DNA from: Macrostomum lignano
Lineage: Eukaryota
Length of the DNA stretch: 64,000 bases
Assembly: GCA_002269645.1 (NCBI GenBank)
Contig: NIVC01002679.1
Span: 86,061 to 150,060 of the forward strand
Direction: 5' to 3'
Below, piece after piece: positions 61,923-64,000 of the stretch (positions are counted from its first letter, which is position 1; the number at the start of each line of letters is the position of its first letter). The position numbers and the translations under genes were made by a program. Below the pieces are notes generated by a model. It saw only the letters and a list, made by a program, of their open reading frames with translations. It had not been told where the DNA came from and did not search any database.

Positions 61923-64000
61923 CAGCAGTACCAATACTATCAGCAGCCGATGCCTCCAGCAGCCGAGCCCGCTTCTATTGGCAACAATCATCGTTCCGTG
62001 TCGGTGTCTCCTCCGGGCTACCGACCGGCTCCGCTGCCACCTCAGCCGCCGCCGCAACACCCGGCCATGCCTTACCCGGTGCCCGCTGCCACCGCTGCGG
62101 CTCCGGTCAGACTTCACGGCCACTCCCGGTCCCGCTCGCTGCCCGACGACGAGTCGCCCCCGTCGCCCCCGTCGCCGCCGCCGCCGCTGCCGCCGCCGCC
62201 GCTTCTTTCCTCCAATCTCCAGCAGCTGTCGCCTTCGACTTCTCCGCCGCTGCCGCCGTCGCTGCCGCCGTCGCTGCCGCCGCCGCTGCTGCACGACGAT
62301 GATTTTATTGGCCACGACGTCGGAGATGTTGTCTTGGACAACGGCGTCATCGTATCGGCACCGTCGTCGCATCGATATCGGCAGCACCAGCGGCACCGAC
62401 TCGACGACTCCGCCACTGACGACCCAGCGGACGATGAGGAGGCATGTGAAGCGACGCCCGACGAAGCTGACGATCTGAGCGGGCATCATCGCCATTACAC
62501 TGGAGGCGTCGGCGGCTTCCGACGCAGCGCTATCGACGATTTCGTCGCTCGTCGAGCTGTGTGCGTCGATTTGAACAGCTCCAGCGACTCGGAGCTGGCG
62601 ACAGCTGGCGAGCCGCCAAATTCAACAAGTCGATCGTCGGAGTTGAAGGCCGCCGCCGCTGCCGGTACGGTTGCGACTTCCACTGAGACTCAGGCCGGCA
62701 CCGCCGCCTCCGCTGACGACGGCCTGATGGTGACGCTGGACAATCTGCCTCCGCTGGACAATTTCTCCTACAGAGACGACACCGTGGCAACGCCGCCAGT
62801 GGCCGCGGCTGAACGATTGGCCAACACGGAGGCCTACGTGAACTCGCACCGGGGCTACCGGTTCGCCTCTGACCTGCTGCTGTACTATGAGGACGGCGTG
62901 GTCGGTCCGCATCCTCAGCAGCAGCAGCAGCAGAGGCCAGTTCCGGCTCCGTTGTTACTTGGCGCCGCAACATCGGCTGCCGACAGTCAGGACAGTCAGG
63001 ACGAGCTGGCCGCCTATCTTGGCGGTATCGCCGGCACCAGCGCCAGGTACTTCCAGCAGCACCAGCCGAAGCACCCCCAGCAGCCGCAGCGTCACCTTCG
63101 TCACGGTCCGTCTGCGGCGTCGTCAAATTCCATCGACGACGACGACGACGACGACGAAGGAGACGATGCCGGCGGCGGTGTCGACGAGCGGATGAGCCGG
63201 CCGAGGTCGGTCAGCCGGCTGGAGAGCGCGCTGGCCACGCCGAAGACCGGGTCGCCGACGGCGGATCTGGACATTGACGACGATGAGGACGAGGACGATA
63301 ATGATGAAGAACGAAGGGCAGCTGGGGAGCCGGAGGACGACTGGGATGATGACGAGTTCGCCACCAGAGCGGACGCCGCCATGGAGGCCGAGGCGCAAGT
63401 CGTGCTTCGCAATCGAGCACCCCGAGAGGTGGCCGTCCAAGCGAACGACGCCTCGCTGGATAGCGACGACGGCGACGACAGTGCTGACGACTGGCAGCAG
63501 AGAAGCCGAGTTGTTGACAGCGAGACCCAGACGGCTGGCGGAGAAGTCGAACCGGCTGGAGTCGGCGTCGATGTTGCAGTTGTCGGCGGCCCGGTTTGGT
63601 CCGACACCGTCGGCGTGATGTCGGGCGCCAGCCTCAGCGTCGGTGTCGGGGTTGGCCGGGGCTTCGTCACGCTGAGCACCGTCAACGAGGAGTCCGACGG
63701 CGGCGGCTCGGCGGCCAGCTGCCGCAGCGGCTCTGTCGAACTTGGCGGCGTCGGCGTTGCGGCGGCCAGCGCTCTCGCAATCTCGCTGCAGCAGAGCGAG
63801 TGCGTCCGCGTCGATCTCAGCAGCTCCAGCAGCTGCTCCGGCGACGGCGAGGGAGACAGAGATGGCGACGTCGAGGAAGATTCAGGCCCAAGGCCGCCAA
63901 CGCCGCCGCCGCCTCCTAGTAAGTCGCTGCACTCGCCGGATTCCACGGCGTCGAACTCCATCACCGGCGGAGGAGGCGGGGGTGGCAGCCGGCTGCACCT
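61923..64000 (+). CDS. FARP/Cdep-like gene, exon 11 (long low-complexity exon, runs off window)
   Basis: Stop-free GC-rich frame from a CAGCAG acceptor to the window end (QQYQYYQQPMPP...; Pro-, Asp/Glu-, Ala/Gly-rich). The exact acceptor is uncertain. Confidence 0.65.

Noticed and set aside
61908-63964. Minus-strand and alternative-frame ORFs at the right end
   Set aside because: They are shadows of the GC-rich plus-strand exon, which is open in one frame to the window edge.

Overview
Eukaryotic (animal) genomic DNA with GT-AG spliced genes and introns packed with 12-55 bp minisatellites. This style suggests a Macrostomum-like flatworm, but that is only an inference. Left: 5' part of a minus-strand gene for a signal-peptide protein with at least 11 EGF repeats (Notch/Crumbs-like; 4 exons, 15196 to the window edge). 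Right: 5' part of a plus-strand FERM + FERM-adjacent gene of the FARP/Cdep type (11 exons, 40122 to the window edge). Two things stand out between them. (1) A full-length 5.9-kb non-LTR retrotransposon (ORF1; APE-RT-RNase H-CCHC ORF2; Loa/R1-group-like) with a 12-bp target-site duplication. Its first 243 nt fold into a complete HDV-like self-cleaving ribozyme whose predicted cut site falls exactly at the element's 5' boundary. (2) A head-to-head pair of paralogous vWA-alpha-kinase genes, one with intact catalytic motifs and one a pseudokinase, sharing an N-terminal motif and an identically placed intron. Also present: a hAT/Charlie MITE with TSD, tRNA-derived and CORE-type SINEs, several decayed LINE fragments, a DnaJ fragment, an AP-1 motif cluster and many tandem arrays. 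All calls come from manual reading and translation; no searches or folding programs were run.
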